From Convolutriloba macropyga (lineage: Eukaryota), in the NCBI RefSeq assembly GCF_964194025.1, contig NC_134472.1, positions 60,140,001 to 60,204,000 on the forward strand: a stretch of DNA of 64,000 nt, read 5' to 3'. The translations under genes were made by a program, and so were the position numbers. Positions 50,601 to 64,000 of the stretch are shown here, piece by piece (the stretch's first letter is position 1; the number at the start of each line of letters is the position of its first letter). The notes under the pieces are model-generated. The model did no database searches and was not told the DNA's origin. It worked only from the letters and a program-made list of their open reading frames with translations.

Positions 50601-53600
50601 AACCGCTGAGGCGGTTGATGAATCTCTAATGACGTGAAGCTTCTGACTGGTGGTTTTTCGTATTACAAAGGCTGTTTTTTTAATGTAATTTCTGGCGTGC
50701 TTTTGAATTTGTAAATCCACTGCTACAGGTTGCGATTAATCTCGGCTAGTATTTCTTGATCCAATTTTCTGTCTTGTTTAATGGCTGCTTGGAGGAGGCT
50801 TCGAGTTCGTAATGCAAATTAATGAATTCACTATTGTCTAATCAATCTTATTAGCATGATTGATTTGACAATGTTGAATTCACGCACTTTGGTTTTAGCG
50901 GTGAATTAGCATGGAATCATTTGAACTAAAGTTAGGAATCAATTCGTACAAAGGAAATCAAATTCAGAATGTTTGAAATTAATAGTGAAGCTTGAGCTTC
51001 AACAAGCCTTGTTGAAATGTAGGAGCGTGTTTTGGCGTGATAGTAAATTTCTTACAGAGGCTTGTTCACGCTTATGGTACTTTGAAGACTCATCAGTCTT
51101 AAATAAATCTGCTGAAGTATGAGTAATGATCGCTTTGCTGTTTGAATTACTCTCTCCCATACGCCTTATAAAAGTGGAGAAAGCTGTGAGTTCATTTTAA
51201 AACCTGCTGTGGTAATTGTTGGTAAATGTAGTTATTAATAATGATATTTTTAAGTTCAGGGCTTTCTTTAGTTGTTATTTTTTCTGAGTTGTGAGAGATT
51301 ATTAGATTAGTGTTCTATCAATTATAGGAATTGTCTAACGCCAAGTAAACAACTGTCCGTGTCGGCACTTTAGCAAACTGCCAGTTGCACTGCACGAGTT
51401 TTTAAACACGTAAAAACACAGATGTTCTTTTTGCCAATGTTGCAAAGATTATCCTTATTATAGGAGGTTACAAAATTTTACTAGTTTTTTGAGGAATGGG
51501 TACTGCTTTCCAGCGTCAGCATATCGAAAATGCGGAAGATTGGACATCATTGGCGTTACATTCTGGGATCTCCATCTCCGGCATTTGAAAGTAGACTGGC
51601 TTAGTCTTCTTAGGAATCTTTCAAGACCAATGATTAAAAAATGGTGTTGCAGTTATGCTCTGAACCATTTCGTCCCCAAGTGTTGACAGTTGTTGCTGTG
51701 AGCGTTTTTTTACATGAGTGACATGGTTAAGTAACATAGGGTGTTGTTTCCAATATATTGGTGCATGTCTGTCTTCCCCTGGCTTGCAATTCAAAGTGGG
51801 TTGAATTGTAGAACTGTATCCCTCATTCGGGTTTTTGTACAGTTGGTGGTCTTATTGGTTTCCCAAAGCGTTCTGGCTCTTCATTGTATTTTTGAAGGAA
51901 AATTTCTTTGTAGACGGCTGTTTTCCTTTTGAGCATTTGTTTCCAAGTCAGAAATTTTGTCGGCTCGTGACTGGGTTTACGGATTTAGTTAATAATAATT
52001 TGGTTTTTGTTAAGATTTTTGTTTGATCAAAGCTCCAGTGTTTGGGGTCTTAAGAAATGTTAGTCCTTGAAGTCATTTCTCTTCGAGATCTGTTGGTTCC
52101 ATGATCTGCAGGAATCAATTTTCCAGGTGTCTTTCTATTCATCCGCATTAGCAGATTGTCCTAAAAATTTTTGTCGTTTCTCGTGCTTAAGCCAACCTAA
52201 TGTCGCAGTACTATCCGTTCTGAAGTGGGTTGAGAGCTTATATGTCTTAAGTACCTGCAAGCTTTGACTTCAATTAACTCTGAACTCTTTAAATTCTACT
52301 GCTACGAAAACGGCTAGTTTGGCTTCTATTATGTCAGCCTCTAGTTAAGTTAAGTTGTATTTATTTGCTATACGGGGATACACGGCATTTGCTAATGACA
52401 TAGTTGACAGTCACAATTACCCGCTGAGGCGGTTGATGAAGCTGTAATGACATGAAGCTTCTGAATGGTGGTTTTTCCTAATACAAGGCAGTTTTTTAAT
52501 GTAATTTCTGGCGTGCTTTTGAATTCGTAAATCCACTGCTACAGGTTGCGATTAATCGTGGCTAGTATTTCTTGATCCAATTTTCTGTCTTGTTTAATGG
52601 CTGCTTGGAGGAGGCGTCGAATTCATAATGCAAATTTATGAATTCACTATTGTCTAATCAATCTTATAAGCATGATTGATTTGACAATGTTGAACTCACG
52701 CACTTTGGTTTCAGCGGTGAATTAGCATGAAGCATTTGAACTAAAGTTAGAAATCAAATTCTACAAAGGAAGTCAAATTCAGAATGATTGAAATTTATAT
52801 TGAAGCTTGAGCTTCACCAAGACTTGTTAAAATGTAGGAGCGTGTTTTGGCGTGATCGTAAAATTCTTACAAAGGCTTGTTCACGCTTATGGTACTTTGA
52901 AGACTCATCAGTCTTTAATAAAGTCTGCTGAAGTGTGAGTAATGATCGCTTTGCTGTTTGTATTACTCTCTCCCATATGCCTCATAGAAGTGGAGCAAGC
53001 TGTGAGTTCATTTTGAAACCTGCTGTGGTAATTGTTTGTAAATATAGTTGTTAATAATTATATTTTCAAGTTCAGTGCTTTCTTTAGTTGTTATTTTTTC
53101 TGAGTTGTGAGAGATTATTAGCTTGGTGTTCTATCAATTATAGGAATCGTCTAACGCCAAGTAAACAACTGTCCGTGTCGGCACTTTAGCAAATTGCCAG
53201 TTGCACTGCACGAGTTTTTAAACACGTAAAAACACAGATGTTCTTTTTGCCAATGTTGCGAAGATTATCCTTATTATAGGAGGTTACAAAATTTTACTAA
53301 TTTTTTGAGGAATGGGTACTGCTTTCCAGCGTCAGCATATCGAAAATGCGGAAGATTGGACATCATTGGCGGTACATTCTGGGCTCTCCATCTCCGGCAT
53401 ATGAAAGTAGACTGGCTTAGTCTTCTTAGGAATCTTTCAAGACCAATGATTAAAAAATGGTGTTGCAGTTATGCTCTGAACCATTTCGTCCCCAAGTGTT
53501 GACAGTTGTTGCTGTGAGCGTTTTTTTACATGAGTGACATGGTTAAGTACCATAGGGTGTTGTTTCCAATATATTGGTGCATGTCTGTCTTCCCCTGGCT

Positions 53601-56600
53601 TGCAATTCAAAGTGGGTTGAATTGTAGAACTGTATCCCTCATTCGGGTTTTTGTACAGTTGGTAGTCTTATTGGTTTCCCAAAGCGTTCTGGCTCTTCAT
53701 TGTATTTTTGAAAGAAAATTTCTTTGTAGACGGCTGTTTTCCTTTTGAGCATTTGTTTCCAAGTCAGAAATTTTGTCGGCTCGTGACTGGGTTTACAGAT
53801 TTAGTTAATACTAATTTGGTTTTTGTTAAGATTTTTGTTTGATCAAAGCTCCAGTGTTTGGGGTCTTATGAAATGTTAGTCCTTGAAGTCCTTTCTCTTC
53901 GAGATCTGTTGGTTCCATGATCTGCAGGAATCAATTTTCCAGGTGTCTTTCCATTCATCCGCATTAGCAGATTGTCCTAAAAATTTTTGTCGTTTCTCTT
54001 GCTTAAGACAACCTAATGTCGCAGTACTATCCGTTCTGAAGTGGGTTGAGAGCTTATATGTCTTTAGTACCTGCAAGCTTTGAATTCAATTAACTCTGAA
54101 CTCTTTAAATTCTGCTGCTACGAAAACGGCTAGTTTGGCTTCTATTATGTCAGCCTCTAGTTAAGTTTAGTTGTATTTATTTGCTATACGGGGGCTACTC
54201 GGCATTTGCTAATGACATAGTTGACAGTCACAATTACCCGCTGAGGCGGTTGATGAAGCTGTAATGACATGAAGCTTCTGAATGGTGGTTTTTCCTATTA
54301 CAAGGCAGTTTTTTAATGTAATTTTTGGCGTGCTTTTGAATTCGTAAATCCACTGCTACAGGTTGCGATTAATCGTGGCTAGTATTTCTTGATCCAATTT
54401 TCTGTCTTGTTTAATGGCTGCTTGGAGGAGGCGTCGAATTCATAATGCAAATTTATGAATTCACTATTGTCTAATCAATCTTATAAGCATGATTGATTTG
54501 ACAATGTTGAATTCACGCACTTTGCTTTCAGCGGTGAATTAGCATGAAGCATTTGAACTAAAGTTAGAAATCAAATTGTACAAAGGAAGTCAAATTCAGA
54601 ATGATTGAAATTTATTTTGAAGCTTGAGCTTCAACAAGACTTGTTAAAATGTAGGAGCGTGTTTTGGCGTGATCGTAAAATTCTTACAAAGGCTTGTTCA
54701 CGCTTATGGTACTTTGAAGACTCATCAGTCTTTAATAAAGTCTGCTGAGGTGTGAGTAATGATCGCTTTGCTGTTTGAATTACTCTCTCCCATATGCCTC
54801 ATAGAAGTGGAGCAAGCTGTGAGTTCATTTTGAAACCTGCTGTGGTAATTGTTGGTAAAAATAGTTGTTAATAATTATCTTTTCAAGTTCAGTGCTTTCT
54901 TTAGTTGTTATTTTTTCTGAGTTGTGAGAGATTATTAGCTTAGTGTCCTATCAATTATAGGAATTGTCCAACGGCAAGTAAACAACTGTCCGTGTCGGCT
55001 CTTTAGCAAACTGCCAGTTGTACTGCACGAGATTCTAAACAAGTAAAAACACAGATGTTCTTTTTGTCAATGTTGCGAAGATTATCCTTATTATAGGAGG
55101 TTACAAAATTTTACTAGTTTTTTGAGGAATGGGTACTGCTTTCCTGCGTCAGCATATCGAAAATGCGGAAGATTGGACATCATTGGCGTTACATTCTGGG
55201 CTCTCCATCTCCGGCATATGAAAGTATACTGGCTTAGTCTTCTTAGGAATCTTTCAAGACCAATGATTAAAAAATGGTGTTGCAGTTATGGTCTGAACCG
55301 TTTCGTCCCCATGTGTTGACAGTTGTTGCTGTGGGCGGTTTTTTTACATAAGTGACATGGTTAAGTACCATAAGGTGTTGTTTCCAAGATATTGGTGAAT
55401 GTCTGTCTTCACTGGCTTGCAATTCAAAGTGGGTTGAATTGTAGAACTGTATCCCTCATTCGCTTTTCTTGTTTGATCAAAGCTTCAGTGTTTGGGGTCT
55501 TAACAAATGTTAGTCCTTGCAGTCAATTCTCTTCGAGATCTCTTGGTTCCATGGTCTGCAGGGCTCAATTTTCCAGGTGTGTTTCCATTCATCCGCATTA
55601 GCAGATTGTCCTAAAAATTTTTGTCGTTTCTCTTGCTTAAGCCAATCTAATGTCGCAGTACTATCCGTTCTGAAGTGGGTTGAGAACTTATATGTCTTTA
55701 ATACCTGCAAGCTTTGACTTTAATGAACTCTGAAGTCTTCAAATTCTGCTACTAGGAAACCGGCTATTTGGGTTTCCATTACTTCCGCCTCTAGTTCAAG
55801 TTTAGGTGTACTTATTTGCTATACGGGGCTACTCGGCATTTGCTAATGACATAGTTGACAGTCACAATTAACCGCTGAGGTGGTTGATGAAGCTGTAATG
55901 ACATGAATTTACTGACTGATGGATTTTCCTATAACAAGGCAGTTTTTTTAATATAATTTCTGGCGTTCTTTAGAATTCGTAAATCCACTGCTACAGGTTG
56001 CGATTAATCTTGGCTAGTATTTCTTGATACAATTTTCTGTCTTGTTTAATGGTTCCTTGGAGGAGGCTTCGAATTTGTAATGCAAATTTATGAAGTCACT
56101 GTTGTCTAATCAATTTTATAAGCTTGATTGATTTGACAATGTTGATTTCAAGCACTTTGGTTTCACAGGGGTGAATTAGCCTGGAAGCATTTGAACTAAA
56201 GTTAGAAATCAAATCGTACAAAGGAAGTCAAATTGAGACTGATTGAAATTAATAGTGACGCTTGAGCTTCAACAAGCCTTGTTTAAATGTAGGAGCGTGT
56301 TTTGTCGTGATAGTAAAATTCTTACAAAGGCTTGTTCACCCTTATGGTACTTTGAAGACTCAGCAGTCTTTAATAAAGTCTGCTGAAGTTTGAGTAATGA
56401 TCGCTTTGCTGTTTGAATTACTCTCTCTCATATCCCTCATAAAAGTGGAGCAAGCTGTGCGTTCATTTTTAAGTCTGCTGTGGTAATTGTTGGTAAATGT
56501 AGTTGTTAATAATGGTATTTTCAAGTTCAAGGCTTTCTTTAGTTGTTATTTTTGAGTTGTGAGAGATTATTATTTTGTGTCCTATCAATTATAAGAACCG

Positions 56601-59600
56601 TCTAACGGTAAATAAACAACTGTTCGTGTCGGCACTTTGGCAAACTGCCAGTTGCACTGCACGAGTTATTAAACACGTAAAAACACAGATGTTCTTTGTC
56701 AATGTTGCGAAGATTATCCTTAATATAAGAGGTTGCAAAATTATACTCCTTTTTCGAGGAATGGGTACTGCTTTTCAGCGTCAGCATATCGAAAATGCGG
56801 AAGATCAGACATCATTGGCGTTACATTCGGGGATCTCCATCGGCGGCATATGAAAGATGTCTGGCTGAGTCTTCTTAGTAATCTTTCAAGACCAATGATT
56901 AAGAAATCGTGTTGCAGTTATGCTCTGAACAATTTCGTCCCCATGTATTGACAGTTGTTGCTGTGAGCGTCTTGAACTTTCACATGAGTGACATGGTCAA
57001 GTACCATAGGGTGTTGTTTTCAAGATTTTGGTGCATGTCTGTCTTCTCCTGGCTTGCAAAATTGCAAAGGGGGTTGAATTGTAGAACTGTATCCCTCATT
57101 CGGGTTGTTGTACAGTTGGTAGTGTTATTGGTTTCCCAAAGCGTTCTGGCTCTTCAGTGTATTTTTTGCGCGAAAAATTTCTTTGTAGACGGTTGTTTTC
57201 CTTTTGAGCATTCGTTTCCAAGTTTGAAATTTTGTCGGCTCATGACTGGGTTTACAGATTTAGTTAATACTAATTTGGTTTTTGTTAAGATTTTTGGTTG
57301 ATCAAAGCTCCAGTGTTTGGGGTCTTAAGAATTGTTAGTCCTTGCAGTCATTTCTCTTCTAGATCTGTTCGTTCCATGGTCTGCTGGGCGCAATTTTCCA
57401 GGTGTGTTTCCATTCATCCGCATTAGCAGATTGCCATAAAAATTTTGGTCGTTTCTCTGGCTTAAGCCAACCTAATGTCGCAGTACTATCCATCCTGAAG
57501 TGAGTTGAGAACTTAAATGTCTTAATACCTGCAAGCTTTGACTTAATGAACTCTGAACTCTTTAAATTCTGCTGCTACGAAACCGGCTAGTTGGCCTTCT
57601 ATTATGTCAGCCTCTAGTTAAGTTTAGTTGTATTTATTTGCTATACGGGGGCTACTCGGCATTTGCTAATGACATAGTTTCCACTCACAATTAACCGCTG
57701 AGGCGGCTGATGAATCTGTAATGACATGAAGCTTCTGACTGGTGGTTTCTCCAATTACAAGGCAATTTGTAATTTCTGGCATGCTTTTGAATTCGTAAAT
57801 CCACTGCTACAGGTTGCGATTAATCTTGGCTAGTATTTCTCGATCCAATTTTCTGTTTTGTTTAATGGCTGCTTGGAGGAGGCTTCGAATTCGTAATGCA
57901 AATTTGAATTCACTATTGTCTAATCATTTTTATAAGCATGATTGATTTGACAATGTTGGTTTCACGCACTTTGGTTTCACAGCGGTAACTTAGCATGGAA
58001 GCATTTGAACTAAAGTTAGAAATCAAATCATGCAAAGGAAGTCAAATTCAGAGTCATTGAAATTAGCAGTGAAGCTTGAGCTTCAACAAGCCGTGTTAAA
58101 ATGTAGGAGGGTGTTTTTTCGTGATAGTAAGATTCTTACTAGGGCTTGTTCACCACTATGGTACTTCATCAGACTCATCAGTCTTTGAGACTAGAAAATT
58201 TTATTAAGCTAGTAGGTTTTCGTAAAATTGTTAGCTGACTTGTTCAACTTTATGTTTTTTGTTTTATGGGTACCGTATGAACGTGCAAATCGGAGTGACC
58301 CTTAATCATGGTCTGCAAAACGAAGATATTTTTGAAGTTGAGTTTGCAGTACAAAAATTTGCTTATAATAAACTGCAGACGTTTTTGTGATGCTTTTTGA
58401 TGTAATGAATTATATACTGTCAAATATACCTAATTTTTGTTGTTATGTAGCTCTCTTGATCATTTCAAAATCCCATAGCTCTCAAAATGATTCAGCTTTT
58501 AAAGTTAAAGTTATTAGTTAAAGATTTAAATCAGTCCATCAACTTTTTTTTGCCTTTTGCTGAATTGGTTTGTCTTTTGATTGTTCTTGAAATATGTTCT
58601 GATATTCATGGTCTACAAGTTTAATTTTTGGCTTTTACATGCTTTGTTTCAGTTCCTCTCTTTTCATTCGTATATCAGAAAACTACGGAGCGGAGCCGAC
58701 AAAGGGAAGTTTGTCTTTTTGGATGACATAAACTGCCAAATCATCCCAGGTTGTTCAGAGCACCCGCCCTGGCCCAACGGAATTTGTACCAAATGTCAAC
58801 CTAATGCAGTTACCTTATCCAGACAAGTGTACAGACATGTAGATTACGTCACCTTCCAAAATTCAGCCATAATTCATAATTTTCTAAACTTTTGGCGTAA
58901 GTCAGGGTTCCAAAGAGCTGGATATCTTTACGGTAAATACGAGCCTCATCTCGATGTGCCCCTGGGAACGAAAACTGTTGTTTACGCCATCTATGAACCT
59001 CCACAGAATTGTACTGCAAATTCAATCGAATTTCTGGAGGATCCAGACGAAGCTCTAGTGGACAGAATTGCGCAACATTTCGGTAACATTAAATTTTTCT
59101 CTATTCAAGGAGAAGAATGATTTAATAATAACATGCAGGGTTGCAACAGCACAATATGTTTTTAATGTGGTCAGAATTTCACTTCGTTTCGGAAAAATCT
59201 TATTTACAAATTAGTTGGTGTTTTTTGAGTTATAAAATTCATTTTGATTAGGATTTGTTGAAGCTCTAAGGGCATTAACTACTGCATAGTTTGAGTGGTA
59301 TCAGCTTTTGGCTGTCTTGATTTGATGATTGAGGGTATTTTTAGGTCTGCTTCGTGTGGGCTGGATCTTCACAGATTTAATACCAGAAGATATAACGAAA
59401 GGGACTGTCAAATATCTCCGAGGCGCTGATTCATACTTCTTATCAGCAGAAGAGACAATAACAGCTGCCTTTCTCCAGACGAAGCATCCTAACATGTGCA
59501 AGCTAGCCAAAAACGGAAGTTTCGGGTCCAAATTTGTGACGGTCTGTGCCACTGGAAATTCAGAGAATCAAATCCATTTTGAGGCTTACCAGATATCAAA

Positions 59601-59844
59601 TCAAGGAATGGCTCTGGTCCGCGACAATTGCCTTGTGCCGACACACGACTGTGCCGAATTGGCATCGGTTAAAGAGAGCTCGGCTGAGCAGTATGTCCCT
59701 GATGTGTTTTACAAGTACAAGGACGAATTTGGAAATGAGCGAACGCAGCTAGGGAGACCACTGCCCATCGAGTACCTGCTGATTGATGTGCCTTCTGGTT
59801 TTCCGAAGGAGGAGGTCCTCTTCTTTAATAAACACAGTAAAGAG
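47608..59844 (+). CDS. NPLOC4: Nuclear protein localization protein 4 homologue, partial; exons 47608-47782, 47847-48211, 58653-59082, 59345-59844; C-terminal exons beyond the window
   Basis: UBL-like start LLRVQT...LKHGDMIYL; zinc sites CRH...CVHC and HPPWPNGICTKCQP; YRHVD, AIYEPPQ, VGWIFTDL, FGSKFVT, RPLPIEYLL; all introns GT-AG and in phase. Confidence 0.96.
48806..58186 (-). mobile_element. Dead BEL/Pao pol segment in NPL4 intron 2: single integrase C-terminus (48806-49300) plus five tandem copies of a 1.8-kb RNase H-integrase segment
   Basis: Minus strand TDSTATLRWL, WKHT(P)GKLSPADHGT, CIFTCFITRAV...CLLAVRRF, GIRERIVQTAKRSL, ILNSRLITYVSSD, PRIIWP. Confidence 0.9.
49300..58186. repeat. 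Tandem array of 5 units (about 1790, 1815, 1817, 1638, 1815 bp)
   Basis: Marker CTCA(T/G)CAGTCT at 51089, 52904, 54721, 56359, 58174; unit 4 lacks about 180 bp at 55465. Confidence 0.97.
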
Positions 59845-60619
59845 GTAGCCTTAAATAAAGTGTTTTTAATTGCTCTCGAACGAAAAGTGAAGCAATTGTT
59901 GTAAACACGTGTGACTTTTATATGCAAAGTTTATGCTTCTCCGTTTTCTAAAATGTTCTTTAGTTGCTAGCTTGAGTGATTTAAATTACTGTCGAAAGGA
60001 AGATGATAAACTGGCGAAGCTCGAGGTCGTTTAAGTTTCTAAGCAGCTCTTAGAGATTAATCTCTGTTGACGGTTCAGCGAAGCTGCTGTGAAACTTGAA
60101 GTATGTTGTTCATGTCCCACTGTTCAGTGCTGAATCGAGAGCAAGTTATTGATTAATAGTAGATTTTAACAATCAAAACACTAGATCCAACTAGTTGGAC
60201 CAAAATATTCTCCCCAGCTTGGAGAACGCTAGCATATTTCATATAATTCTTGGTTTTTAAAATTCGCTTAGCGGTTGCGTTGCTCTAAAAAGAATTGCTT
60301 TTCTTCGGTGGTTTATACCGCTCATCGACTGAGTTTGCATGTTTGTTTCTATTTTTAAAAGCCGCCGTCAGCCTCTCAAAGGGCTATTATTTAGGCGCTC
60401 TGCTTTTGTGAGAAGTCAAATTAGAGTGGTGATTTTGGTCACACAGAAAAATTAAAAGGAGCGAAAAATCGAGTAGGTTTGAGTCGTGACTTTTCAAAAT
60501 AGATTTAAAGTGGAGTGAGAAATTGTTGTTTGAACAATTTGGCGGTTTTTTTTTCAGATGGATTTCTTTTTCAGGTGCGTCAATGTGACTTCTGTTTTCA
60601 GAGTTTTCTCTCCTTCAGT

Positions 60620-61650
60620 GCTTTTTGGACGGTACATATGTGTCCGGGGCAGCTAAAACTTTTTTATGACTTTGCCACTATTTGTCATAAAATATTAGTG
60701 AATTTTAGATTAAGCCCCCTCTTTTAAAATTATCTGTTGTCTTATCAATTATTATCATCAATGACAGGTCTAATTGGGTGCTAATGAGGCATAAAAGAAC
60801 CTTATTAATGGCTCGCGTTAATAGTTGTTGGTTTTCATGACTTTGACGCTACTTTTTCTCAAATTCTGAGTGAATTTTTGAGTTCTGCAAGTATTTATTA
60901 TACTTTTTGATGTCTTATCGTTTATTCTCCTTGGGTAAAGAACTCTGATGGGGGTTAAGTATATCGATTTCATTGTTTTTGTTCAAAGCTAGTGCTTTTT
61001 ATAACTTTGACGCTAATTGTTTTCAATAATAATTATCGAATTTTTGCGAGTTTTTCTTTTCAACTTTGTCGTCTTAACTCTTAGTCTCATTAATGAAAAG
61101 TCTCATTGGTTGCTAATAAGGCTTCAAATAGAGCAAGTCATTTCAGTCCGTAGCTATTGCTTTTTGTGACTTATACGCTTTTTCGTTTTTTAAAATAAAA
61201 TTTGAAGATTTTGTTGTTTTGCTGGTATTTGTTGTACTTATTGCTGTCTAATCAACTAATCACATTGATGACAGGTTTCAACGGTAGTCATCGAGGGCTC
61301 AATTAATTGATGTTATTGTATCCTTCAGTAGCTGTTGCAAAAGTGTTTTCAAAATGTTTTAGCGAGTTCTATTGCAATTTTTGTTTATTTTTGTCTTATT
61401 ATTTAATATTATTAGTGAGAGGAGTCATCGACATTTAATGACAGGTTGCTAATCAGAAATAGAGGAATATAGTTGGCAGTTTGAGTTCATAGATTTTTTT
61501 GATGTTGATCCTGTCTTTTCAAAAAATGAAAGTTGAGTTTTTCGTCTTGTGTTGTTTTATTGCTTAATCTCAATACTGACAGCTCTCATTTGTCTTAAAC
61601 GATTGTCAGGTGGTATATTATCACAACTCTTTGAATTGTATTTCAGGACT
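60620..61650. repeat. Diverged tandem array, period about 165-170 bp
   Basis: ttt.(a/g)t(g/a)actt(t/a)(g/t).c.ct near 60662, 60833, 60997, 61162; atgacaggt at 60761, 61268, 61438. Confidence 0.6.
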
Positions 61651-63299
61651 TGTTCTGCATTGTCTTTTTAATTCGCTTTAACTTTTTATAACACTTTCGT
61701 TTTACTTAAGTCACGATTTTCACGTTTGACTTCTGAGTTACTTCACTCACTGTTTCAAGTAATTGGATTCTAAGTTTTATCACGCATTGATTTACTCATT
61801 AATAGCCGCCCTCTTTTCAGCCGGCTATTATAGCGCTCCTATTTTTTTACTTCGTCAAACTTTTTTTCGCTTTACCATTTTGCCGCTTTTTCAGCATTTT
61901 CCGTGAAATCTTTTTAACTTCTCTAGGCTAGTTTCTCTCTTCTCTCATTCTGCTAAATGTGAATTTGAACATCAGTTGCTCAGCAAAGCAATTCAAAATG
62001 GACAGAGTCAGAATAAAAATTGAAGTCAGAAATAGAAACGGGATAAACCCATAAAGCCCAATTTTAGATGCCCGATATTTGAACGTCGTTCCTATAAGTC
62101 TTAGTTACCATCTCGTATGCTTATTGGTATTAATAGTAGCCCCTGTTGCCTCTCTCTATGAAACAGAAGTATGTTCAACTACGAAATGCCATCAAAATAA
62201 ATCGGACTTAAAAAATACTTTTGTACAAAAATCTTTTTTTCGATATCTTCTATTCTTTCAATCCCATTCATGCTTATTGGAATCAACGGCGGCTATTTTC
62301 CGGCAATCTATCGAGTATGTTTGTAGTGTATACGGTTAATGTCGAAATCAAAAGAAACGGGATAAACCAATAAAGCCCGGTCATTACGTCATACTGCATT
62401 AGGTTATCAAACTTCATTAGTGCAATTGCGAGCTGATATTATTATTAAGCCTAATGCCCCTCATTTTAGAAGTAAAGTAAGTGTAGGTTTAGAATCCAAC
62501 TGAAACTGCACTGAATTAGAACAGTTTTTGAATTTTAAAAAAATGTGTCAATTTCACTCCCTTATTTTTTCCTGTTTCAATCTTGATGTGCGTCTAGCGC
62601 GTCAACGGCGGCTATGTTCCGGCTATCTGCTGAGTATATTTACACTCCTGTTCTTTTGATTTTAAGTAATTTCATAAATTTTTGATCGTACCTACCTTGC
62701 TGTGCTTAAAAATTGAATGGTGTCAGTCTTTCAGAGACTTTTATTGAAATTAGAATCCAATTGGGTTGCGTCTCTTTTTCCTCTTTATTAATTGATCTCA
62801 GACAAAATTTGTTGCAACTATATTACTTCTGCTGGTCTATAATGTAATTTCTTGTACTACTGACTTTTGATCTAATTATTTGACTTTTCATCCTGAAAAA
62901 TTGGGATAAGCAGGTAAAGGCCGGAGGGCATCAAGTCGTTGAGCAGTTCTCTTTAAGACTAACTAGTCTTTATCTATGTGATTGACCAAAAATGTTAGAC
63001 TTAAATTCTTGGTGTAAAGGGCGCTTCTTAGAATTAGCATTTCTAATCGTAGCGAGCTGCTGACAACGACAATTTCTCGGCAACCGTTTGAGAGCAATTC
63101 GCCCGACGTTGGTTGGCAATGTTTAAGTTGCTAACAGAAACGAGTGGCGCTTTAGGAGCTAATTACTCACCTGATAATCATAACTATTTTTTATTACACG
63201 ATCCATAAGGTCTGTTTACCGGTTATGGTTAAACTTTCAGCTTGTTTCACAAGTACCGACTCCGAAATGACAAATAAAAAGAATTAGAAAAAAGCAAGC

Positions 63300-64000
63300 A
63301 AGCAAATAGAGAACTCCAAACAGCTCTAGACAACAGCAAATCCCTGTATGACCAAGCAATGTCGGAAATTGTTTTTTTGAGAGGACAAAATGAGAAAATG
63401 TTGACAAAATTATTGATGGCAACAAAGACAAAGAAACTAAGCAAGTTTATGCCAACAACAGACAGTTTTTTCCGAAGTTTGTACCATGATTTACTAAACA
63501 TCTTGTCATATCAGACAGCACGTATAAATTTGTTAAACAGGGTGATATAAGTAATAAAACTGCAATACACTCATACCCTTCGGCAACCATAAGTGATGTT
63601 AATAACATTATGGACTCTTATTCGGCTGGAACAAAACCTGAAAGCCTTGTTTTGCATTTGGGACACAATGCAATTGACCAAGGTACTGATGGAAAAAGGG
63701 CAGCTGATTAAATGGGTGGCTTAGTCAGTAAGTGTTTAACTAAATTCAAGCCCCATAAGGTTTCTATCTGCCAAATTCCACAAGTTAAAAATGGGTTATA
63801 CGGACGGGACTCGAACAACAAAGAAATTGATGCTTATAACTAAGAAATCAACAGCATTGCTGACCATATTAGAGGCGAATTCCAGTGGTCCAATGTATAC
63901 GTCGTCAATTATGGTCTTGAGGCAAACGATATCAGACAAGATGTTGTGCACCCAAACATGTATGGAATTCAAAAAATAGTTACAACTTTGCGGAAAAATA
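63300..64000 (+). mobile_element. CR1/L2-type LINE ORF1 relic with SGNH/GDSL esterase-like domain
   Basis: Coiled coil (EIVFLRGQNEK), TDS, PESLVLHLGHNAI, SICQIP, NKEIDAYN, DVVHP; contains stops. Confidence 0.7.

Noticed and set aside
51085-51130. CTGATGA hammerhead core on the minus strand of each 1.8-kb unit
   Set aside because: No stem II followed by GAAA; the sequence lies in BEL pol-derived DNA.
51489-57301. Repeated plus-strand Cys-rich ORFs (MRNGYCF..., MKSFLFE...) as a peptide gene family
   Set aside because: Antisense shadows of BEL pol in the tandem units, mostly with non-ATG starts.
59845-64000. Remaining NPL4 exons
   Set aside because: No FPxENR, DFH or NZF motifs found; treated as intron.

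Overview
AT-rich eukaryotic (invertebrate metazoan) genomic window with spliceosomal introns, two assembly gaps and dense, nested transposon relics. Three host genes can be reconstructed: a divergent Rab-family GTPase (+, 3 exons, GC-AG first intron, G3 Asp missing), a complete UPF0728/C10orf53 homologue (-, 2 exons, 93 aa) and the first four coding exons of NPL4 (+). The left 24 kb is a nest: an Ingi/I-group LINE (2A-like peptide, PHD fingers, APE, RT, RNase H) is abutted by one BEL/Pao LTR element and split by a second. Most notable observations: (1) a Penelope-like RT with a PHD finger inserted between RT motifs B' and C; (2) a five-copy 1.8-kb tandem array in NPL4 intron 2 built from the RNase H-integrase segment of a dead BEL/Pao element; (3) an 18-copy 175-bp satellite with higher-order structure lying between the PBS and gag of a BEL/Pao element, echoed by 160-180-bp arrays in the leader of the second; (4) a 2A-like motif and a possible HDV-like ribozyme at the LINE 5' end. 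All assignments come from manual motif reading; no searches were run.
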